A stretch of DNA of 64,000 bases. It comes from Bugula neritina. Its lineage: Eukaryota; Animalia; Bryozoa. Location of the stretch: contig OZ037770.1 in NCBI GenBank assembly GCA_964035545.1, positions 5,218,729 to 5,282,728 on the forward strand, in the 5' to 3' direction. How positions within the stretch are numbered: the stretch's first letter is position 1; the number at the start of each line of letters is the position of its first letter. Positions 53,201 through 64,000 of the stretch are shown here, piece after piece. The translations under genes and the position numbers were made by a program. Under the pieces are notes generated by a model. It was not told the DNA's origin. It was given only the letters and a program-made list of their open reading frames with translations, and did not search any database.

Positions 53201-56200
53201 CTTTGTTGCTATAAGTTACCACTTTTCCTGGTTTTTATGAGTTCAGTATTTTAGTATTTACTAAGTTTGCCTCATGATATTGTTAACAGGAGCTTTATTC
53301 TCTCCTCACTTATTACAGCCTGTGTTTGAGTAGCCTGTATATGGCAGCAAATAAAACTAACCTGTAATGGAAACTAGGTATTGTTTACCTATAAGTATAA
53401 TATCGTAGCCAAATCATCAACACTGGTATCACAGCTACAGTTTATATCCCCCACCCCCACACCTACACAGCAGCTGCTCCTTTTAAGAAATCCTGAAGCC
53501 ACCATTACACAGTAATAGTAGCACATAGATACTCCTTCTTTATTTGTATTCTCTTCATTCTTTTATATTTTTAACATATTACCAATAATTTCTTTTGTAG
53601 CCTCATCAATATCTTGCTTCAAGCCGGTACGTCCTGTTCGGGAAGGAAACAGTTCTCGTCGAGTCGGCTTCTTTTATCCGTCATCAATATCAGAATCTGT
53701 ACCCAAGGAATCTGCTGACGTGAACTGCAAGGCAGTCACAGCTGAGTCACAGGAGACTTTCAGACCGAGAAAGATTGCCAAGTTTAGCACTCCGAGCAAA
53801 CCAGTCAACCAGTCTAGTGTAGCAGGTAAAATAACCAGTCTAGTGTAGCAGGTAAAATAACCAGTCTACTGTAGCAGGTAAAATAACCAGTCTACTGTAG
53901 CAGGTAAAACAACTGCAGCTGTATGACCCTTCATTGTTGCGTTCATGTTCTCATTGGTGTGCCCATATATTACTTGATTTGCTGTGTAACAACACTAAAC
54001 TAGCATCTGCCTCAGCAGATTTGAGTTAAGAATAACCGGGTTGGTGTTAACCCAGTGTACCACAGTATAGTTTTTCAAGTCTCATTGAATCACCAATTGA
54101 TATATGTAAAGTTTCACAACATTTTACCATGTAATCGGGTTGAGTTGTCATCAGCATGCATTGTATTACTTTCCTAAATTCTGTCAATTTACTGAGATTT
54201 CATTACTAAGTACAACTATTCACCAAACTGTTCTTTGTGACAGACGTGAATGACTCTGCATATCGTAGCCAAACACCATCTACTAGCAGCACTTCTCCTA
54301 ACCAGGACACAACAGCTGTTAGTCGTTACGGGAATGCTTCATCCAACAGCAATGGTATGCCTTCATGTCTTGTGAAACCAACTTCTCAATTACTTTTTTA
54401 TGTATTTAAAGGCTTGGCCACACATTCGTGAGAATCACACGAAATCGTCTATTTTGCACGAAAACACAAACATACAATCACATTTGAGAGAATTCATACG
54501 AAATTATGCTCACTGGGTGCGCCCACCGAAGACGGTGGATGAAAAAGCGTAATTAACGATAAGGACCATTTGATTGGTCAATAGAATTTTAGCAACAATG
54601 ATTATTTCATTTCTACCATGTTTCTGTCTCTGGCAATTTTCTGCTGTTCGTTTTTCGTGCAAGACTCATTCACGGACTATTTATTATATGTGTTTCGTCT
54701 GACGAGTGTGTGGCCAGGCCTTAAATCTCTTTTCGTTTAAACAGTTCATTTGATTTCATACAATGCCCACAGCTCTGTATATTATGGATCTGCTGTATTA
54801 CAGATGATGAAGTTAAGTCTAAACAAGTAATGAATCAAGATCAATCTTTGTTGAAGTCTACCACAAACAACAGCTCGTCGGGAGATTTACAATCTGACAC
54901 TCTATCATTCTCATCTTCTTTCGATCTCACTGTGACAGAATGTAATGAAGTGAATTCTGATTCGCCGAGTTCTGAAGTTGGCGTCCGGGAAGGTTTGGCT
55001 CCTGGATCTCTCAGCTCTATTGATGAAGCTGAGGTCTCAGATTTTATTCCAGAGAAGGACCATAGCATTCAGCAATCACCTAAACCAGATGAACTCCACA
55101 CCAAAATATCTGCAACTGAACCAAGTGGGGAGACAATTCCTGTACCGAATATTTTTACAGAAAGTTCTCAGCCTACCCAGTGCTTCAATGCTGCGGTTCA
55201 ACTGAATGAGAAACCTATTTCTCAACCCACAGATCATTTGATTAGAAACGGTGACCACTGTGGAGCAACTCTTGAGACAGAGAAGTCAACTGGACTGTTG
55301 ACCAACTCAACTCTTGATGTCCCACGCAGTAATGTTTCTCATTTCTCACCAGAAGACACAGTTGTGTTGAATTCAAGAGAACCTGATGGCGAGCCAGAGC
55401 TTTCTCCTTGTGAAGAGCTCAATTCAGATGATATGAAATTAGAAAGTGAGGATATAGCAACTGATACGTCATTCGACAACGCGCGAGGTGAAACGTTAAT
55501 CAGCGACAATCGACATGTTGACATTTGTGTTAGCCAATCAATGTCTCACAGCTCAGAAATAGTCAGTAAAAACACAGATGTCACTGAAACTGTTCACCCA
55601 AAACTTGATGAAAAGCAAGTGTTTCCTTCGCCAGATCTTGGTCCTAACCTGAAAGCGATTGAGGCAAAAGGAGAGCCTATTCTACCCAGCAGTTTTGGTG
55701 AAGAGCTCACTAACTCTAGCCAAGTCCAATCTATGGTTGTTCAAGAGCCACAGATCATTAAACCAACATGTGATAGCAATGTGGGCGGTGCTGAGAATGA
55801 TGCCAGTGACATTTCACCTGCACTCAATGAACCTGTGAAGGCATTACATGGTGAGCTCAGTAGTAGTGGTAATTACCATGTACCAGATAACACTAGTTTA
55901 GAATTTGCTGAAACTTCCTCTAGCACCGTGAAGAAGAATAGTACTTTTGACAAATTCGAATCTAGCCAAAATCTGTGCCCACAAACAAATAATCTTGTGG
56001 CCAGATTCAATACTGCATGTGACTCAAAATTCAATACATGTGATACTAGTCCAGAATATGCTGAAATGATGCTTGACGAAGAAAATTCAGATGTTAGTGG
56101 TTCATTCAGTGAAAGAAAGAGTTGTGGGTTGTTGAATGGTCCACATGCTGTTGGTTTTTGTACAGCAAGTGGTTCTAAAATTAATGTTTCAAATACTAGT

Positions 56201-59200
56201 CTAAACTTTGCTAAAAACATGCTTGACAGGGCCGCGCCCAGGAAGTTGGAGAAGGCCGAAAATGTCGAACAAAGTGTACCTTCAGCGGCATTTTCTACTG
56301 CTAGTGGTAAAAACATAAACGTTTCTAACACTAGTCTGCAATATGCTAAGGCTGTTTTTGATGAGACTAAATTAGGAGATATTTCTAATTCAACTAACAA
56401 TTCCAATGATGAGATGTCAAAAACACCTTCAATGGGTTTTAGCACAGCAAGTGGCTCCAAAATCAAGGTCTCTAATACTAGTCTAAGTTTTGCTAAAAAC
56501 ATGTTTGAAGAGACTGGGGTAAAACCAGCTGAAGCTCCTCTAACACTTACGTCGAAAAAGTCATGTTCGGACCCAACTAGTAATGGAAATCTAAGATTAG
56601 ATAAATTTCCAGTAGGGTTTAGCACCGCTAGTGGCTCAAAGATCAACATTTCTAATACTAGTCTTAGCTATGCTAAAAATATGTTTGAAGAGACTGAAGC
56701 GAAGAAAGATGAAGTTCCTAAACCAAATATTGCTGAAAGGATACTTTTTGACCATAAAGTTAATGTAAATATAAAACCTCCAGTTGGATTTAGCACTGCT
56801 AGTGGCTCAAAGATCAACATTTCTAATACTAGTCTTAGCTATGCTAAAAATATGTTTGAAGAGACTGAAGCGAAGAAAGATGAAGTTCCTAAACCGAATA
56901 TTGCCGAAGAGTTACTTTTTGACCATAAAGTTAATGAAACTATAAAACCTCCAGTTGGATTTAGCACTGCTGGTGGCTCAAAGATCAACGTTTCTCGTAC
57001 TAGCCTTAACTATGCTAAAAACATGTTTGAAGAGACTAGAGTTAAGGAAGATGATGTTCCATTACCAAAGATTTGTAACGAGTTGACAAGTTTGAGCAAA
57101 ACAACTAACTTTGTTAATCCTTCGCTAGGATTTAGTACAGCTAATGGCGCAAATATCAAAGTCTCCGATTCTAGTCTTTCTCATATCAAACATATATTTG
57201 ATGACATGAAAGCCGATACTCCTAGTCATGATCTCCTTTCTACTTCTGCATCTGCAAGTGGTGAGAATCCTCTGAGAATGGGATTCAGCACGGCTAAAGG
57301 ATCTAGGATTAATATCTCCGAGACCAGCCTTTCTCGTGTTAAAAGCATGTTTGCTGAGAAAAAAAATGACAGTCCTTTGCTAGCTCCCGGGTTGAGCAGC
57401 GACAAACCCCAAACACCCAGTAAACCCCCCATGGGGTTCAGCACCGCAAGTGGTGCAAAAGTGAAAGTAACTAAAGACAGTCTTTTGTATGCTAAAGGGT
57501 TACTTGAAGAGACCCAATCGAATGCTCAATCAGATCTGCAGGAAGATGGTGTTCAAGGGCCGAACATGTCAGCATTGTCTTATGATGACATTGCGTTAAG
57601 TCAAAGGGTTAGTCTAAAGTAATTGCTTGCAGCTCAGTAAAGGTTTTTAGTTTTAGTTTACAGCATTTGTTGTAATTGATAGTGGAATAGACAAATAGAC
57701 ATTGCTTGTTTGCCACATTTTTTTTAATATTGATTTACTTTTTCAGAAGTAATATGGAAGTATATATAGCATTTGGTTAAACTTAAAATAATTAGTTTTC
57801 TTATGCATAATGATGTTTTACTTCTTCATTTTTATAGAACTTCATTTAAGCCAATAATCCTAATTGTTTCTATTTTTCTTTCTATTTTTCTTATCTCGCA
57901 TCTCATTGGTTATCTGCAGGTTCCGGAACAGTCCAGTAGCCAATCAGCCCCTGGGACATGTCAGACTCCACCTGTCACACGCAGATTACCTCTGTTCAGG
58001 TCTCACAGTCCTCTCTCTGTAACCCCGAGTGGTATGACTACTTCCTGTAGTTACTAGACTAGGTTTTCTGTTCAACCTTGCTGAAGCGCTGCAACTAGTG
58101 CTTCACCTTATCCTTTTCTATATTTTAAAAGGATAAATAGTTTTTTCTACAGTTACAGTCAAAACACACATCATGTTCATCAACAATGGTTGAATAATAT
58201 TCACTTTGGTTTTAAAGCATTATAAAATTGACTGAAGGCACTTTTTACTTAGTATGTTTTAAGTTGTTTTAGGCTGCTACTGAGACCTACAGTTCTCTTT
58301 ATTCTATATCCACAGGGTTTATGAGAAACAAGAGTGTTAGAAGCAAGCCCTACTATACTACCCCTACTAATGGGTACGTCCGTCTCATTCGTAAATCTGT
58401 TTATTAATTAATTTAGTATCCATTTATTATGAGTGAGGAGATTTTTCTGGATGGGTTAATGTAACTTATACTAAAAGTAGTGGATTATAGGGATATATAA
58501 AGGGTTTTAGTAACATATGGAGATACTAATCACCCAATCAGTATCTCCTATTTCATCAAACTGTGACTAACTTCATGAGATCATAACCCCTTGCTACAGC
58601 CAACCTGTCACATTACATATACATATACTATACTGACTTTACTCCTAGAGGTAGGAAGTTTACTTTTGGCAACAAGCCGTTTAAGCCACACACCCCTGAC
58701 AGAAAGGCGATAGCCAATAGACTTGCCTCCCTGCAGGAAACTCCTCCATCTCGTGTCAACTTCCCTTCTCAGATGAAGCAAGTTACGACGCACACGGAGC
58801 AGGAAGTGAAGGACTCTACTTCTACTAAACCAATGTTTGTGTTTCATCAGCTTCAATGTACACTAAATGCTTCTGGTTACGGCAGAAGTGGTAATAATAA
58901 TTTTGGTTGTATTTGCGGTGCTGGAACGCGTTTTTAGTGTAATTTTCGTGGTAAAGTTCTAGGGGGCAATGAAATAGTAGTCTGTCAATTAAAGTTTTCA
59001 TCATTTAGTTGAAGCTAATGGTGAGAAATTAAGAATCAATCAAAATTAATATTGAACTGTCAAAACTTCAGTAGGCTATAATGGTGTGTTATGTATGCTA
59101 TAGTTTTGCAATATGTTAAAGTTTTGGTTTGAATTCTAATCTAATAGGTTTTCTCTATTTTCAAATGTCAGTTCTTCGAGTTTTTAACTGAGCAAATGCC

Positions 59201-62200
59201 TGCAAGTGAATTGCTAAGATGAAATCTTAGATTTCAAATAATAAAACACAAGTTGAACTTAATAGAATGTTTCAGTAGTTAGTTGAAGGTCAACTTCTTA
59301 GACACCTCTGGTTTAGAGATGCTTTAAACTCACTATTAGTTATTATATTTTTATTTGTCTGGCATTCAGAGCTCCTCTGTTGGATCCAAGCAAGAAATCA
59401 GCCCTTTTCCGGAAACCCACTGACTACATGGTGTCAGGTAAAGCCAACAGACAACACAAAGTAACATTACGAGATCTCACAACTCCCACTTGCCTTCAGG
59501 TATTAAATTGTAATGCTGTATTTACTGATCTATTCAGTGCTTCATTTAGAAATTAAACTAAGAAGCAAGGTTGTGACTGGAAAAGTGACATCTGTCACCT
59601 GTCATTTAGTGTCAGATGTCATCTGGTGTCACCTGTCATCTAGTGTCACATGTCATCTGGTGTCACATGTCATCTGGTGTCACATGTCATCCAGTGTCAC
59701 ATGTCATCCAGTGTCACATGTCATCCTGTGTCACCTGCCATCCAGTATCACCTGTCATCCAGTATCACCCAACACTAATGATATTATAACACTAATGGTA
59801 TGATAAATGTATTTCTATCGTCTGTTATTTTAGAATGAAGAAGGCAGCAACTGGTTGACAGCCGCGGCATCAGCTGAGTTTGTGTTTTCAGCCAATCACA
59901 TCACAGATACTATGAGACAGGATGTACAAGCCTTGTGCTGCGAGTATGATGTCGCCGGCTTCCTCACAGCCCCTCTAACTAGAGATAAGTTATACAGGTA
60001 AGCTGTGTGTTGGCAGGTAAACATTATATATACAGGTAAGCCGTGTGTTGGTAAACATTTGTATATATACCAGGTAATTAGTTTCTTACTCTGTTGATTT
60101 CATTTTTTCTCAAAGCTTGGTTTATATAATAGCGATGCATAAGTTATATATTGAATTAATTATATCATCCTATGAAAACTATAGTCACTATCCTCGTGAA
60201 AAACTCCTGATGGAGACGGGTTTGTGTTAAAGCGGGCTAAGGACTTATTCAGATGAGGCACAGGAGCAATTATGACTGGATACTCTTCCTAACATCACCA
60301 ATGGCCTTTGTCGGGTTCGAACCCATGACTTTGTGTTTACTAAGCCAATGCCTCCAAGTCTAACCCCTAGACCACGGCTACTCCTATTATACTATATAGT
60401 TATATTATATTATACTATAGCAATGTTATTTGTATAATTTGCATTATGTCTGCATCTTCTATCTATTTGTTGACTAGTAAGTGCAGGTTAGCCTTATGTA
60501 GAGCTCAATGTTTCCATCTTGCAGCTGTTTCCTAATGGTGGAGGGAGTGGACCCCTCACTCATATCCCCACACTGGTTCAACAACCACTACAAGTGGATA
60601 GTGTGGAAGTTGTCTTCTCTACAGAGGTGCTACTCTCAGTACAGGAGTTGTCTCTCCCCGCTGCAGCTGATCAAGCAGATGAAATACAGATATGAAAGAG
60701 AGATTGATCTAGCTCACAGGTCTCTATTCAGCTTCCAATATTCCTCATTCGAACACTATTATTGGCAAATATTTGTATGGATAACAAATGTTGGTGTACT
60801 TCGCTTACACGTTTTTTATATTTATTGTGTAGATTTAGTTTGTTTTGTCACTAGGAATCATAGTAGTATTAGTTGTTAGCTAGCAATACTGTTATTAATA
60901 TACTATATAAGAATTGGTGAAATCTGACTAATAAGAAGCAAATCTAACATCAGATTATTATTGGTCGACATACACAGTACCCATTTTTCACAATTGATTT
61001 CTTTTACTAAAATGAGCTTTCTAAACTAGTCTCTATTCTGGATTCGGGCTAATTTATTATTCATAGCGACGATTCACTTGTTCTAGAAACTAGCTAGAAA
61101 TATAATCGATAAGTTAATGTCTGCTTAGTAATCACTATGTTGGTAATTGTTAAGACTTAGCACGTTGTGTCACAGGTCTGCCCTGAAGAAGATATTTGAA
61201 GGCGACGACCTGCCCAGCAAGACTATGGTGCTGTTGGTCAGCTCTCTCCAGTCACTCGCTGACTCCAGTGACCTCCAGGTAAGTTCATACCTGACATCAA
61301 GAGTCACCTAGGTGGAATGTGTGAAAAGAGAAAGGAGTATATAAATTCCTGTCACACAAAACATGTTTTCTTCTGGTGTAAAGTTACGTTCATACCTCTA
61401 CGGAAAAAAGTACCTAGTTTTAGTTAATAACACTTGTCCAAGTACCCCCTTTATAGTCAAACTGAAACTCGTTGAAATCATATTGATGTGGAAGCTTACT
61501 TTTCAAAAATGAAACCTGACTCGCCTAATCGCTATTTGATGCTCTTTGTAAACGCCGTGAATTAGTGAAGTTGACAGCATAAAAGCGATAATTGAGAAGG
61601 CGTAGGCTATATAATTATCAACATATAAGTACGTCATTTAATCGCCAAAGTCATAACTAAATAACGATGTTTACGAGGAGTTATTACTCCTTTTGAGTAT
61701 TAATCAATCGATTAAGTTATCACAATACAAGTTTTTTTATGAGTGGCTTTTACAATGCAATGCAACTCGAAGAAATTTCGGCTCAGCCAAATTGAGTTTC
61801 TGACTGAAAAGCGTGAAGGTATAAACAAAAATTAAAACAGCTGTAAAGCCTTGTGACTTGTAGAATATGATTGTAACTATTATTGTGCTCACATTTCAGG
61901 CAATAAGAGTCAAATAATGTGTTTCGTGTATGAAAACAGAAAAGAGAATCTAAATGTTAATATTGATCTCTTCTAACATAAAATAATTATACAGTCTTGT
62001 GATTCCTGGGTTTTTTCATCACAGATGTAGAGTAAGAATCACAGATTTTGAATTTGACACTTTTTAGATTATTCTACTGGCACTGTTTCACGTTGGGATG
62101 TTTTTGTAAATTTAGTGACGCTCTGCAACTTAAAGGATTGGTTGTATGAGCTTTACTTTAATCAGCTAGCATTTTATTCAAACTGAAATATTTGTGGTTA

Positions 62201-64000
62201 CATTCTTATCAATTTATTTTTTCAACTTATCTGTGTCTGGGGGTTTAATTGTAAATGTATGCAAATATTAACCTTACTTGGTGTAATATTAACTGATAGT
62301 TGCTGGTTTTGACATTTTTGCAATTAAGGAAGGACAACCACAAAATTCGTACTCCAGAAGTAGTAACTTGTCAAATATAATAATTTTTTTGAAAGCTGCA
62401 AGACTATACTTATACGAGAACAATTGCTTACATTTTGGTTGAAAATATAATGAGCTGTTCCCTAGCAATATCTACCCTAGCCATATGTCGTCTGTTTGAA
62501 AACTGCAGAAAGAATTTCATAAAATAGTATCCAATATTCAAGCGATTTGCATTGGGTAGAGGCTTTCTTATGGTGTGATTCATTGGAGAGGTAAAAACAG
62601 CAGTCTCTGTCTATTTATATATTATTTTGTAGCCCAAGTACCGGCTAGAGCTATCAGATGGATGGTACAGTATCAAAGCCACCCACGATCAGGCCATGGA
62701 CCAGCTGATAGCCAAAGGAGCAGTGAAAGAGGGAACTAAACTCATGATAACTAAGGCACAGCTGTGTGGCCTTGACCAGGCCTGCTCTCCTCTCTCCGTT
62801 AGTTCCCTCTTATATTGTCGGCAAATTTTGTGCTTTTCAGGCTAATTTCTCTCACCATTCTCATCATACAATTTAGCTTTCTGATTCTGTGTTACCAACA
62901 TCTGTAAAACCCTTTTTCTATATGTTTGACTGCTTTGTTACATTTCTTAGACTTATAAAAATTCACGAAAGTTTATAGTCACTATCTTTATGAAAATCCC
63001 CTGATGAAAAGGGATTTTTGTTTAATAGGGCTAAGGACTTATTCAGATAGGGCACAGGGGCAATTATGACTGAATGCTCTTCCTAACATCACCAATGGCC
63101 TTCACTACGGATTTTCTCGTCTTTCATTGGCTGATTGGATGTTTAGCCTTTACTGGGGATTAATCAGCCAATGCCCTAACCTTGGGCAGTCCAACAGGTG
63201 GCCCAGGGCCGGATGTGGCCCCCAGCCTACATTTATGTAGCCCTTAAAGGCATAACAGATAAAATTATTTGGCACATATATATATATGAATTGGAGTGGA
63301 AAACCACCTTTAAAGTATGTTTCATTTTTATGTAATTATGCTAAAAGTATGCATCCTGCAGTAATCATTGTAACTTCATTGTGTTACGTGATATTTGGAA
63401 TAAAGTTATTTGAAAATTACGTTTGCTGTGGCCCCAGACCTAGCTAAATTTTGTAATGTGGCTCCCTCCATGAAAAGGTTGGACACTCCTGCCCTAACCC
63501 CTAGACCGTGGCAGCTTCCTTCTTTGCTATGTTACTTAGACTTATGCACTTACTTTATTGTGTGCTTAGTCTTCATCTTACTGCCGGATATGATATACAG
63601 ATACAATAGGTTGAGTATTCTTGTAATCTGTTTAGCCCAAGTGCCACGACGCTAGACTAAGGATCTCTACTAACAGTGTGAGACGGGCACGCTACTTTGC
63701 TAAACTCGGCTATTCTGCGTGTAAACCGATTATGCCGCTGTCATCTCTCCTGCCACTAGGGGGCGCCGTGTCTTGCCTGCAGATAGCTGTTCTCAGAGTC
63801 TACCCAATCATAGTGAGTGATGAATGAATTCTGTGGGATAAGCTGTGTATCATAATACCAATGTGTCTACATGTTACATGTTTATATTATATAAACCTGT
63901 CTGCAGGTATTAAACAAAGGGCCTCTGTTAGCAGCTTGTCTCCTACTTGATTATTCTTTACTAAATTCACTCAGTCAATCTGCATCCTAGGCAATAGATT
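47267..64000 (+). CDS. BRCA2: BRCA2 homolog, multi-exon, 3'-partial
   Basis: Nine BRC repeats in the large exon ~54804-57607; helical domain GVDPSLISPHWFNNHYKWIVWKL..KYRYEREID (60524-60719); SALKKIFEGDD; OB1 LELSDGWYSI; ISTNSVRRAR.FAKLG. First exon at 47267 is tentative. Confidence 0.9.
51466..52068. repeat. 21-bp minisatellite (TATATTACACAGTATGTTTAC)n, intronic
   Basis: Direct reading. Confidence 0.95.
52745..53138 (+). repeat. ~400-bp dispersed repeat with an inverted copy at ~61441-61827
   Basis: Shared blocks such as TTATGCTGTCAACTTCACTAAT / ATTAGTGAAGTTGACAGCATAA. Confidence 0.8.
53807..53909 (+). repeat. Four 26-bp tandem copies spanning an exon/intron junction
   Basis: AACCAGTCTA(G/C)TGTAGCAGGTAAAAT x4. 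Confidence 0.9.
54410..54721. mobile_element. MITE with GGC(T/C)TGGCCACAC TIRs (PIF/Harbinger-like)
   Basis: AGGCTTGGCCACACATTCG ... CGAGTGTGTGGCCAGGCCT flanked by TAA. Confidence 0.6.
59593..59770. repeat. ~17-bp minisatellite (TGTCATCTGGTGTCACA-like)
   Basis: Direct reading. Confidence 0.85.
60177..60383 (-). mobile_element. tRNA-derived SINE copy
   Basis: Reverse complement similar to 42780-42972. Confidence 0.75.
63182..63491. mobile_element. hAT-like MITE inserted in a SINE copy
   Basis: Ends ..GTCCAAC / GTTGGACACTCCTG; 8-bp TSD CCCTAACC on both sides. Confidence 0.6.

Noticed and set aside
55873-56649. 258-aa minus-strand ORF
   Set aside because: Antisense shadow of the BRCA2 BRC exon

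Overview
AT-rich, intron-containing invertebrate animal genomic DNA; the organism cannot be fixed from sequence alone. (1) 764-14953 is a complete but decaying Polinton/Maverick (adintovirus-like) element with a 6-bp TSD (TTTATA) and ~380-bp TIRs, each starting with a 115-bp imperfect palindrome. It encodes pPolB, an adenain-like protease, major and minor capsid proteins, a packaging ATPase, a Zn-finger/PLA2/integrase/chromodomain fusion, core-like proteins and a fibre-like repeat protein. All 14 ATG starts sit in a TAAATG context. (2) The element lies in an intron of a plus-strand host gene that, spliced by hand, encodes a single LRR-Roc-COR-caspase protein (5' end outside the window, stop at 22799) with tandemly duplicated, surface-variable 138-bp LRR exons. 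This is the most striking candidate for an undescribed system: a one-chain ROCO sensor plus caspase effector. (3) The rest holds a PRODH2-like dehydrogenase (-), RPF1 (-) head-to-head with a 9-BRC-repeat BRCA2 (+, runs off the window), plus LINE fragments, SINEs, MITEs and micro/minisatellites. All calls come from manual reading and motif recognition; no searches were run.
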